Shown here: positions 48,566 through 59,944 of the stretch, one piece after another
Position numbering within the stretch: the stretch's first letter is position 1
How the letters are laid out: the number at the start of each line of letters is the position of its first letter
Source: Torpedo marmorata
Taxonomy: Eukaryota
Length of the DNA: 64,000 bases
Direction: 5' to 3'
NCBI GenBank assembly: GCA_977017645.1
Contig: OZ360221.1
Coordinates: 83,080,001 to 83,144,000 of the forward strand
Notes under the pieces: generated by a model
Seen by the model: only the letters and a program-made list of their open reading frames with translations
The model's database searches: none
What the model was told of the DNA's origin: nothing
Made by a program: the position numbers and the translations under genes

Positions 48566-48977
48566 TACCTCTCGATCTCCCCTAAACCTTTCTTCATTCA
48601 CCTTAAACAGAGGTCCTCTGGTATTTGCTATTGTTGACCCCAAAATGGTGCTGGCTATCCACCCTATCTAAACCCCTCATAATCTTACATACCTCTGTTC
48701 AGTCATCTGTCATCCTTCGGATTGTCCTAGACTTGAGGGCTTCTCCTGGGTAATTCTAAGTGCCTCCTAATATTTAATTACCCCCTACCTTTACTCCCTG
48801 ACTTGTCCATGAACTCTCCACCTCCCACCGATTTCACAATGTAGAAATTAAAATGTCTCAGATCCAACGTGGCCACGTATCTCTATGAACAATAATAACC
48901 ACATTGAGTTAGTGTTGAATATTTTGCATTTATTTGTATGTTGCTATCATGTAATTTTGAAGTGTTTTTGATCACAG

Positions 48978-49073
48978 AATTATCCATCCATTGCTCAATT
49001 GGCACGGAAACTTCATGACAATAAAATCCAGCTTCTCTTTGCTGTTAAGGAAAAGTTCAAAGATGTTTACAAG
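48978..49073 (+). CDS. itgb1-like: Integrin beta-1-like exon D (96 nt; betaI domain)
   Basis: Acceptor gtttttgatcacag|AAT and donor AAG|gtagga. Translates NYPSIAQLARKLHDNKIQLLFAVKEKFKDVYK vs beta1 [32 protein letters not shown]. Phase 0-0. Confidence 0.93.
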
Positions 49074-49689
49074 GTAGGAAAGCCTGAAGATACAACTTAC
49101 TAGCTGTGGTTTTATGGAAAAGAGAGTGGCAAAGTACAGACCCTACTGCCTTCACTGGAAAATCTAATCTGGCTGCATTTTCAACCCTGAGGCATGAAAT
49201 TAAGGGAATTTGCCTCATACAAAAGAGATGCAGCATTCCTATCTTCAGAATATGGTTCCATTGAATTCTATTGATCTAAGGACTCATCTTTAGACAAATG
49301 TAAATCCAAACCCAACTGTAAGAACCAGTACAGAACGTATTTCTGTGAGGAATGATGCCATATATAAGAAATTGAAATTCTTGGAAATATGACATCTGGT
49401 TTCATTTAAAAAAATAATTTTAAAAATGTGAGGATTACTGACTAGATCAGCAATTATTGCCCATCTCTAAATGCCCTTGAATAGTGGAAGATAGTGGTGA
49501 AGTTACATAGAATACAGAAAATAGAATAGTACAGCCCAGGAACAGGCGTTTGGACCCACCATGTCAATGCTGAACACAATTCCAAATTAAACTGTCTCTT
49601 CTGCCTGCACATGATCCATATCCTCCTATTTCCTGCATACGCATGCACCTATCTAAAAGCCTCTTGAACACGACTATTCTACCTGCAAA

Positions 49690-50927
49690 TTGAATGGAGA
49701 TTATTTCAGATTTCAAATTTATTGTCAGAATACATACATGACATCACATACAACCCTGAGATTCTTTTTTCTGCGGGCGAGGCAGAATTACCACTTATTG
49801 GTAGTGCAAAAAAAAACTGTACACAGCGTATTCATGTAAAAGAACTGTAAACAGATAACAAATGTAAACAAACTGACCTGCAATACAGAGAGAATAAAAA
49901 AATCGATAAAGTGCAAAAGTAAGAGTCCTTAAATGAGTCTCTGATTGAGTTTGTTGTTGAGGAGTCTGATGGCGGAGGGGTAGCAGCTGTTCCTGAACCT
50001 GGTGGTGCAAGTCTTGTGGCACCTATACCTCTTTCCTGATGGCAGCAGCGAGAACAGAATGTGTGCTAGGTGGTGAGGATCCTTGATGATTGTTGCTGCT
50101 CTCCGACGGCAGTGTTCCCTGTAGATGTTCTCGATAGTGGGGAGGGTTTTGCCTGTGATGTCCTGGGCTGCGTCCACTACCTTTTGCAGGGCTTTACGCT
50201 CAGGGGTATTGGGCTATATAGAAGACTAAATTGCAATCGTATAATTATTTGTGATTTGCTTAATGTTCTTAATTATTTTCAAGTGTGGCAGTGAAATGCT
50301 GTAGTCCTTCTGGTGAAAGTGCTCTCACAGTGTTAGGTAGGCAGTTCCAGGATTTAGGCTCAGTGATGATGGAAGTATGGCAATGGATTCAGATTTCAAA
50401 TTTCAGATTTATTGTCAGAGTACATACATGACATCACATAAAACCCTAAGAATATTTTTCCCGCGGGCGAGGCAGAATTACCACTTATTGGCAGTGCAAA
50501 AAAACTGTACTCAACGTACATATATAAACAAATAAAGAAATGTAATCAAACTGACTGTGCAACACAGAGAGGAAAAAAAATCAATAATGTGCAAAAGGAA
50601 GAGTCCTTAAATGAGTCCCTGATTAAGTTTATTGTTGAGGAGTCTGATGGTGGAGGGGTAGCAGCTGTTCCTGAACCTGGTGGTGCGAGTCTTGTGACAC
50701 CTATACCTCTTTCCTGATGGCAGCAGTGAGAACAGAGCGTGTGCTGGGTGGTGTAGATCCTTTATGATTGCTGCTGCTCTCCGACGGCAGCGTTCCCCGT
50801 AGATGTTCTCGATGGTGGGGAGGGTTTTGCCTGTGATGTCCTGGGCTGTGTCCACTACCTTTTGCAGGGCTTTACAACAAGGGATATTGGTGTCCCCATA
50901 CCAGACCGTGATGCTGCCGGTCAGCAT
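49690..50927 (-). mobile_element. Two tandem 3' fragments of a Rex1-like LINE subfamily (49690-50210 and 50390-50927)
   Basis: AQDITGKTLPTIENIY...LFSLLPSGKRYRCHK...SCYPS.IRLLN occurs in both, with a shared 3'UTR. Confidence 0.85.
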
Positions 50928-51829
50928 CAGGGGTGGTGATGTTTCCAGATGCCTGCGCCCTTGTGGTTCTCAGTGTTGAGGTTGTGAGTTTGAGAGTTGC
51001 AATTGAATTACATATGTGAGTGAGTGAAGGGCATTTTCTGGACAGTGCACCTGCAGCCACTATGCACCAGTGGAGAGAATGACTATTTAGGATGATCAGA
51101 AGGGTGCCAATTAAGTGGGGTGGTTTCATTTGGATGGTGTTGAAATTGTTGAGTGTTGTTTGAGTTACGCACATGCAGGCAAGTGATGACTATTCCATCA
51201 GACTCCCGGCTTGCATCTTATAGATGGTGGAAGTTAAAGGGCGAATCATTGCTGCAGGATATCCCATTTATGAACTCCTCGTTTAGCCACAGCAGTTAAA
51301 TTTCCAGTCAATAAATCCAAGATCACAATTCTAGGTCACGGTCCAGTTTACTGGTTGTGGGGTGGCCCAGTGTAATTATTCCACTGAATATCAATGGTAG
51401 GTGGCCTCTTTCTTGTTTGAGGTGAAATTTCGAGGCACTGTTGTAGTACCACATTTCACCACTTGCTTGAGTGATATCTCTGTCCTGCTGTTAGTAGGCA
51501 TGGGCGACTTCATTTCTGGCAGAGTTTTGAATGGAATTAAAATCACATGATCATCTGGAAACATTCACATTTCTGAATTAAATGTGGAAAGAAAATAATT
51601 GATGAAGCAGCTGAAGGTGTTTGATCCTGAGGAACTCCTGCAGCGATGTCTTAGGACTGAGATGATTGACCTCCGATCATGGAGCGTTTTTACATTGATT
51701 GATCTAGGTTGTACCATGTCTCCTTGATGCCACATTTGGTGAAACGTGGCCTTAATGTCAGTCTCATGTCAGTTCTGGATTTCAGCAATTTTATCCATGT
51801 TTAGGCCAAGGCAGTAATGAGTAATACAT

Positions 51830-52042
51830 TTTTTTAGACATACAGCACGGTAACAGACCCATCCGGTCCACGAGCCCGATTGCACCCAATTAACCTACAA
51901 CCCCTGTACGTTTTGAACGGTGGGAGGAAACTGGAGCGCCCGGAGGAAACCCATGCAGACATGGGGAGAACGTACAAAATCCTTACAGACAGCGCTGGAT
52001 TCGAACCCGGGTCGCTGGTTCTACACTAACCATGCCGCCCAC
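51830..52042 (-). mobile_element. V-SINE (HE1-like)
   Basis: Reverse-complement V core and tail. Confidence 0.8.
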
Positions 52043-52944
52043 GGTTTATTGGTGAAATCCAGACTGAATGTTGACAAGGCAGTACAAAAAAATGCTGGGG
52101 AAACTCAGCAGGTCATGCAGCATCCATAGGAAGTAAAAGGAAGTCAATGTTTCAGGCCTGAACTCTTCATCAGGAATGTTGAAACTTTTCAATAGTCACG
52201 GTATCAAAGGTTTCAGGGAGAAGGCAGGGGAGTAGGGCTGATTCAAGATTCCTTTAGTGTCATGTAATAGAACGGAACATGTAATATTACATGAAATTGC
52301 CTTCTGCCTGCCGTAAGGCACAGAATCGCCATTAGTGTTGACCGGCACCCCTTACAGTAAGAGAGAAAGAGTAGCAAAAGAGAGTCCCTTCAGAGTCATT
52401 GAGTGTCCGTGGATTCACCTCCAGAGTTCCTAGCCTCTGCAGCCACACAAGCTCATGTTCTATCCATTTGGCAACCCGAGATCCAGATGCAAACCTCCGA
52501 CATGATCAAGAAGCTTTCAGTGCCCGAGACCCTTCAGAAGTCCTTGCATGCCCTCGGCATCCTCTCGAATCCCGGCTCCCATGAGCCAGTCCCCAGCAGC
52601 TCACAGCCCTATCCCTCTGTCTCCCCTCCAGCTCCCCATCCAGTTCCCTCTGCATTCAGAGAGCTACCCCGCCCCTCTCACTTCCCAGCTTTTTACTCTT
52701 CTGCCCTCAGACCCACAACCACCTACGACCTCTTTTTGCCTGTGGGCCTGTGCTCCTCCCCCTGCCCATCCACCCACCGTTTTATTCAGGCACTTGCCTG
52801 CTTTGTGCTCATACCTTGACCAAGGGCTCAGGCCCGAAACGTTAGTTATGTATCTTTGCCATAAAGAACGCTGCATGACCTGCTGAGTTTCTCCAACACG
52901 TTTGTGTATGAAACTACAATCACAGTATCTGCATACTTTCTTGT

Positions 52945-53178
52945 TGTAGCGCGATCAATGACCACTCTCAGACACGAAGAAAGTGATCAAAGGCTTTATT
53001 AATCATAAAGTCCAGGCATGCCTCTACATGCTGCTGGCTCACGACCAAGGCAGGTATAAGGGGAGGAGACTAGGGCTCTCAGCCTTTATTAGGGGATGTA
53101 ATGGGGAGGGGCTACAGGTTAGCCAGTGAGCCAGTGAGGACATGCCCGGACATGCCCGCAGTACCGTGTTCCACCACA
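52945..53178 (-). mobile_element. Short solo LTR (234 bp)
   Basis: TG...CA termini, 5-bp TSD cttgt (52940-52944 and 53179-53183), AATAAA on the minus strand. It sits in a Penelope pLTR end. Confidence 0.8.
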
Positions 53179-53929
53179 CTTGTTTAACTGAGAAGTTTAA
53201 GAAATGTTTAAGAAAAAATTGGATGGATACATGGATAGGATAGGTTTAGAGGGATATGGGATAAATGCAAGCAGGTGGTACTGGTGTGGTTGGGATATTT
53301 TGGTCGGCGTGGACAACTTGTGCCGAAGGGCCTGTTTCCACGCGGTATGACTCCAAATGATGGGGGGAGAAGGCAGAGGTCTAAGAAGGTTAACTATCTA
53401 ATCGGAGAACATTGAAAATCAAGTTATTAGTGATATCCAACAACACCAGTTCTTCTGAGTACAGCCAAACTCTTTCAGAACCATTGGGAGACCACATTTC
53501 TTTGTGGTGTTCTGGTGTTGCAGTTAGTTTAACTTTCATTTTATTCCTGCTGTACATATGTGCATGGATTGGGTACCAGATTCATCAGTGAAACTGTTGA
53601 TGGATATACCCTTTGGGCTTATTCGCTGTGAAGGCAGCTGGCACAGCGGATGGCTGCAGCCTGAAGGCATCCCACTTGTTGCTTGCACACCAGGCATCGG
53701 TCTCCATGAGGGACTGTATTTGATTGCTCATTAGCTGGATGCTTTTCTGCTCCAAGGCAGGGAGAGTTAACATGGTGTACCAGCATAACTATTCACATGC
53801 AGTTAATAGCTCCCTGAGAGGAGGCCTGCAGTCCAATCAAATCCGAAAATGCTCTCCACCTCGGCAATGAGATAATGAAATATCTGTTGTTTTCCTTCAG
53901 CTGAGTATGTCAGTACACTCCCTCACACA

Positions 53930-54190
53930 GGGCAGCATAGTTAGCGTAGTGGTTAGCGCAATGCTGTTACAGCGCTAGCGACCTGGGTTTGAATCCGGCG
54001 CTGTCTGTAAGGAGTTTGTTCGTTCTCCCCGTATCTGCGTGGGTTTCCTCTGGGTACTCCGGTTTCCTCCCACTGTTCAAAAACGTACCAGGGTTGCAAG
54101 CCAATTGGGTGTTTTGGGCGGCACAGGCTCGTGGGCCGAAAGGGCCTGTTACTGTGCTGTATGTTTAAATATAAAAATAAAAAAATATAA
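53930..54190 (+). mobile_element. V-SINE (HE1-like), complete
   Basis: gggcagcatagttagcgtagtggttagc head, V core, and gggccgaaagggcctgttactgtgctgtatg tail. Confidence 0.88.
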
Positions 54191-55121
54191 ATGCTTGTCA
54201 CAGGCTGTGAGTTATTATAATATCTGCAGCTCTACACTGGAAGAAGCCAGGTGAACATAAGCTCATTGCCATTATCATCATATAGGCCGTGCTGCACTTG
54301 CCTTGCTCTTACACAGATTGGCCCCAGTAGGTTTCAAAAGGGTTACATCTCCCAGGCTGGTACTTACTGAGGGTCAAGAAAGAGAATTGTTCTCTGACTA
54401 CTCTGGCATGCTGTCATCTTCTCTTGAAAACATTCTTAGGACAGCTGATCGTCTGGCTATCTTCCTGCAACTTGCCCTCATCCATGTGCTCTCTGCGCAT
54501 CAGCCCCACCCTCTGTCATTCTCCAAGATAACACCCACTAATGCACAAATTGTTTGTGCCAAAGCATTGATGTCATGCCATCTGCCACACCGTTGACTTT
54601 TTCCAATTTGAAACGTTCATCAGAGGTTGGCAAACGTCCATCAGCCAGAAGCAATCAGTCAGTTACTGCTGGTGGAGTGCTTCTTCCTGCTGTTGAACAT
54701 AGCTTCAACCATGCAAGGTTATAGGTGGGTGTAAGCGGAATCTCCAGTTTGGCAGTGACACCAACATTTACAACGAATGCTGATTAATACCATGAATTGC
54801 ATGCTCCTCATATTTCTGCTGGACATTTACCAACACCAAATTCACCTCTCACATGATTCTCAGCCCAATGTAAGCACACAAGCTGCAGATGCCGTTTCAG
54901 AACTCTGTAACACACACACAGCACTTGAAATAACAAGCTTATTGAGTTCAATTCTTGCTGATAAACTTCAAGCAAAGTTCCTTCCAGCCTTTGAATGCCA
55001 ATATATTAATTGTTCATCAAATCCAAAACAATCTGTTTGATCATGTAACCTATTATTTATATTTGTCAATATTCCTGTACTTAATTTTCTAACTTTTCTT
55101 CTCCCATCTCCTCCCAGTGAC

Positions 55122-55380
55122 TGATAGGCCTATCAATGATTACTCAAAGACTGTGAGAGCGAGTGAATCATAGGCTTTTATTAGCAAAGAATGAAGCCGT
55201 GCTTCTCACTCGATCAGGTCCGAACTGGAGGGGTGGGCCAGATACAGTGGCCTTTATTCAGGTGAGGAAAGGGGAGGGATTACCTGGACACCCAAGGGAG
55301 GGGAGGGAGTAGGCATCAGTCCGGCCTGCAATACTTATATACACCACAGCACACAAATACAAACACAGTGGTTCACCACA
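55122..55380 (-). mobile_element. Short solo LTR (259 bp), related to 52945-53178
   Basis: TG...CA termini and 5-bp TSD gtgac. Shares the tcaatga, ggctt(t)tatta, gcctttatt and terminal caccaca layout. Confidence 0.8.
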
Positions 55381-56284
55381 GTGACCTCTCCCTCGACTTG
55401 TCTCTTCACCTCTCCCACCTTCTGGTCTATACCCTATCATATCTTGACGCCCTCCCCCAGCTTCTTTCCCCGTTATGTATGCAATATCATCGACATTTTA
55501 CTTTAGTCTCGATAAAGGGTCCAGACCCAAAACTTTGCTTGACCTGCTGAGTTCCTCCAGAATGTTTATTCAAGATTCCAGCATCTGCAGACTTTGTGTT
55601 TCTCCAATATTTTATTTGTTTTGGAATGAGATGGAAAGATATACAGCTCTTTAGTCTGTTTTCATTACTCCAAATTGTATATACTAATTATTTCTAAAAT
55701 AAATCATAAATTGAACTAAACAAACAATATTTGTGGTCTAAGAATTTAAGCCAAAAATTCAGAGCATTGTCATTGTAGACTAAACAAGGTTTACTGAAAA
55801 TTGTTACTCCTTCCTGCAACAATCAAACAATTATAATATATATAATTGACATTAGAATCATTGATAAAGTGGATGTTGCTGTCTGACTATAGCATTTAGC
55901 GGTGTTGACAATATTTTGTTTAATTATAAGTGCTTCTGTATTTTGAACCTAATGTAGAGAGTAGCATTTCCAACTGGCACTTCATCTTGTGTTTAAACTA
56001 CATCCTCTGAATTCTTTGGTGTGACCGAGCTTCCTGCAAACCGACTTTTATCAAACATATGTAAGATGTTTGATAAAAGTTAATGAGTTGAATTGAGTGG
56101 GATTTTCTCTGCCACCTGTATTCACCACACATGTCCCTGCCAGCGCTTACCTGGGCTACATGTTAAGGATTAACTTTCCACCTGCTGGAGCCAGATGGCA
56201 AGGTGCAACAAGACTTTGGTAGCAAGTAGGCAGCAGAGACATACCACCTCTCTGCCTGTATTTATGAACCCCAATTACTTCATA

Positions 56285-57530
56285 AGAACGTAAGAAATGG
56301 GAGCAGGAGTAGCTCATTTGGCCCGTCGAGCCTTCTCCACCACTTAGTAAGATCATGGCTGATCTAACAGTGGACTCAGCTCCACCTACCTGCCTTTTCC
56401 TCACAACCCTTAATTCACCTACTGCGCAAAAATCGATCTAACTGTATTTAAGGCAGGTTATTGTCTGTCGTCAGTAAAAATAGGAGTGTCTACAAGAGAT
56501 ATTGATAGGTTAAGTGAATGGGCTAGGATCTGGCAGACGGAGAATAATGTTGGTAAATGCAAGGTCATCCACTTTGAAAGAAAAATAGAAGATCAGATTA
56601 TTATTTAACTGGTGAAAGATTGCAGCATGCTGTTGTGCTGAGGGTCTTGGGAGTGCTTGTGCATGAATTGCAAAAGATTAGTTTGCAGGTGCAACAGGTG
56701 CAAAGGTAAATAAAATTTACCTTTCATTTCAAGAAGGCAAATGAAATGTTGGATTTCATTGCTACCGGGTTTGAATTTAAGAGCAGAGAGGTTCTGCTGC
56801 GACTGTACAGAGTAATGGCGAGGCTGCATCTGGAGTACTGTGTGCAGTTCTGGTCTCCTTACTTGAGAAAGTATATACTGGTTTTGGAGGAGGTACAGAG
56901 GAGATTCACCAGGTTGATTCCAGGGATGAGGGGGTTAACTTATGAAGATAAATTCAGTCGCCTTGAGAATGAGAGGGTATCAGATAGAAACATATAAAAT
57001 TATGAAAGGGATAGATAAGATGGAGGCAGAAAAGTTGTTTACACTGCTAGGTGAGACTAGAACTAGGGGACATTGACTCAATATTTGGGGGAGTCGATTT
57101 AGGACGAATATGAGCAGGAACTGCTTTTCCCAGAGAGAAGTGAATCTGTGGAATTCTCTGCCCAAGGAAGCAGTAGAGGCTGCCTCATTAAATATATTAA
57201 AGATACAAGTATATTTTTGCATAGTAGGAAAAATAAGGTTTTGGGGAAAAGGTGGGTAGGTGGAGCTGAGTCCATGGCCAGATCAAGCATGATGTTGAAT
57301 GGCAGAGCTGGCGCAATAGACAAAATGACCTATTTCTGCTCCTATTATGCTCCGTGCTATCCATTGCACTCGTTATATTCTCAAAGGACTCCATTAACTT
57401 TGTCAAACATGACCTGCCCTTCCTGAATCCATGCTGTGTCTGCCTGATGGAACAGTTTCTCGCTATTTCTTCCTTAATGATAGCTTTAAGATTTTCCCGA
57501 CCACAGTCGTTAAGCCAACTTGGTTATAAC
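56285..57530. mobile_element. CR1 fragments in mixed orientations (main piece 56450-57350 on +)
   Basis: [15 protein letters not shown]...VQRRFTRLIPG. An inverted copy of the 3' tail lies at 56285-56450. Confidence 0.75.
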
Positions 57531-58786
57531 CTGTATTTTGCCTCACTAAACTGCCCCTCAGCATTTCTGGTATAGATGCACAAAAAAATGGTACCTCTGT
57601 TCCTACTCTTCCTTTGGAACAATGTCTTTTAGCCTCTATTGCCTCTCTTTATTCTTTCTAGCAAAATGTATCACTTCACAGCTGCAAATAATTTAGTAAA
57701 TAATTTAGTAAATAGTCACATTGAAATAGAGAATGAAATAGAAACTACATTTCTTACTTAGTAAGGCAGAGAGCAACTAAGTCCTTGATAAACATAACAG
57801 CTTTTCTTTAACCAACTGACAAGAGAAAATATTCAGTATAAAATGAGCTGACATTTGACCCAATTGAAATGTGGAACAAAAAAAAACAAAAAAAAACTTT
57901 ATGCTAGTTGCCAATCTATGAGGAATAGAAACCAATGCAGTTGTAACTGATATTTATGCAAATTGTGGAGGAGATGGAATTAAACAAGAGACATTATTTT
58001 GTGGAATGATATTAACATTGACTTCTCCGGTTTCCATACTGGATGGCATTAACATTGACTTCTCAGGTTTCCGTTAAACACCCCCCCCCCCCCCTCTTCT
58101 TCTTCCCCCTGTCACCTTTCCCTCATCCCTGTCTCTCTCCCTCCCTTTATCCACCTATTACCTTCTGCCTTTGGGACTGTGCTCTTCCCCCTGCCCCTCC
58201 CCCCACCATTTTGTTTGGGCGCCTGCCAACAGTTTTCCATTCCTTGATGAAGGGCTCAAGCCCAAAACGTTGGTTATGTACCTTTATCTTTGCACTACAA
58301 ACTATGGTACACTGTTTGATCTGCTGAGTTTCTCCAGCATTGTGTTTTTACTTTAACCACGGTGTCTGCAGACTTCCGTGTTATACTTCTCTCTCTCTTC
58401 CCTTTTCTCTCTGTCTCCTTTCACAGAGCACAAAATCAATTCTCACCTCTCCTCTTATCACATCCAATTAACACCTTTTGTTGGTCTGGACTCCTTCCCA
58501 TGTCAGTATTCAGTCTTTATTCTAATGCCTTCCTGTTCTCTGCTTATTCCTTGAAGGGGCTCAGGCCCGAAACATTGGTAATATATCTTTATCTCCTATG
58601 GACGCAGCATTTCTGTGCGTTTTTACTTCTTATTTTGTGGAAGCTGATTTAATTGTTTAGATTGCAGACTAGTATTATTGGTAATAATAATTATAGTGAG
58701 ATTATTGTCATACACATTTTACAATGTACATATGCACCAAAATTCTTGCTGCAGCTAAACAGTATTGTGTAAAAAATAACTAAAAA

Positions 58787-59944
58787 AACAACCTGCAAGG
58801 ATTCCCTGCAAGGATTCCATCTCCTTCCCTCAATTTCCCTGCAAGGACTCCATCCCCTTCTCTCAATTTCTCCGTCTCTGCCGCATCTGTTCCCAAGATT
58901 AGCTCTTCCAGTCCAGATCTTCTGAAATGTCTGCCTTCTTCCACAAACGTAGCTTCCCCTCCACCACTATCAACTCAGCCCTCACCCCCATCTCCTCCAT
59001 TTCCCGCTCATCTGCCCTGGCCCCCTCTGCCCCCAGACGCAACAGACATAGAATCCCCCTCGTCCTCACCTTCCACCCCACCAGCCTCCGCATCCAACAC
59101 ATTATCCGTCGGAATTTCCGGCACTTACTACAGGGTCCCACCACCAGACACATTTTTACTTCTCCTCCCATCCCAGCCTTCCGCAGGGACTGCTCCCTCC
59201 ACGATTCCCTTGTGCACTCATCCCTCCCCACCCATCGCACCCCCGGCACCTTCCCCTTTGCCCGCAGGAGGTGCAACACTTGCGCCCACACCTCCTCCTT
59301 CACCACGGTCTGGGGCCCCAAACAGGCCTTTCAATGTTCATCTCTTGTACATCCAGAGAACTTATTTACTGCATCCGGTGCTCCCTTTGTGGCATTCTCT
59401 ACATCGGAGAGACCGGCCGTAGATTGGGAGATCGCTTTGCTGAGCACCTCCTCTCCGTCCGCAACAACAGCAACCTCCCAGTAGCCAACCATTTCAATTC
59501 CGAGTCACACTCCCACACTCACATGTCTGTCCATGGCCTTATGTACTATCCCACCCAGACCACCCGCAAATTGGAGGAACAACACCTTATTTTCCATCTG
59601 GGCACTCTCCAGCCAGATGGCATTAACATTGACTTTTCTGCTTTCCACTAAACCTGCTTGTCTTTTCCTTCCCCTCCCCCTCACCTGTCCTTCCAGTTCT
59701 TCCACCCACCCAGCCATCCCTCCTCCCCCTCATTGCTGCTGTCCCCTCCCTCCTTTCTCCACCTATCATCTCCTGCCTTTGTCACCCCCTTCCCCCCTCC
59801 CCCCACTCATTTGTTTGGACGCCTGCCGCCATTTTCTCATACTTTGATGAAGGGTTCAAGCCCGAAACGTCGGTTATGTATCTTTACCTTTGCTACATAA
59901 AAGACACTGTTTGACCTGCTGAGCTTCTCCAGCATTTTGTGTTT
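58787..59944 (+). mobile_element. Penelope-like (Neptune-type) 3' portion with pLTR
   Basis: RIPLVLTFHP...RRCNTC...LIYCIRCSLCGILYIGETGRRLGDRFAEH...LGTLQPDGINIDF. TSD taactaaaaa. Further pLTR fragments at 58010-58625. Confidence 0.9.

Noticed and set aside
50930-51820. Probable very old LINE debris
   Set aside because: Too decayed to assign a clade or boundaries by eye.
53930-54005. tRNA-like sequences with A and B boxes (also at other SINE heads)
   Set aside because: They are SINE heads continuing into the V core and LINE tail, not tRNA genes.
54560-54690. Possible ancient Harbinger transposase remnant on the minus strand (LIASG..TFANL..FQIGK-STV)
   Set aside because: Very short, with several stops and a frameshift. 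Needs an HMM search before it can be called.
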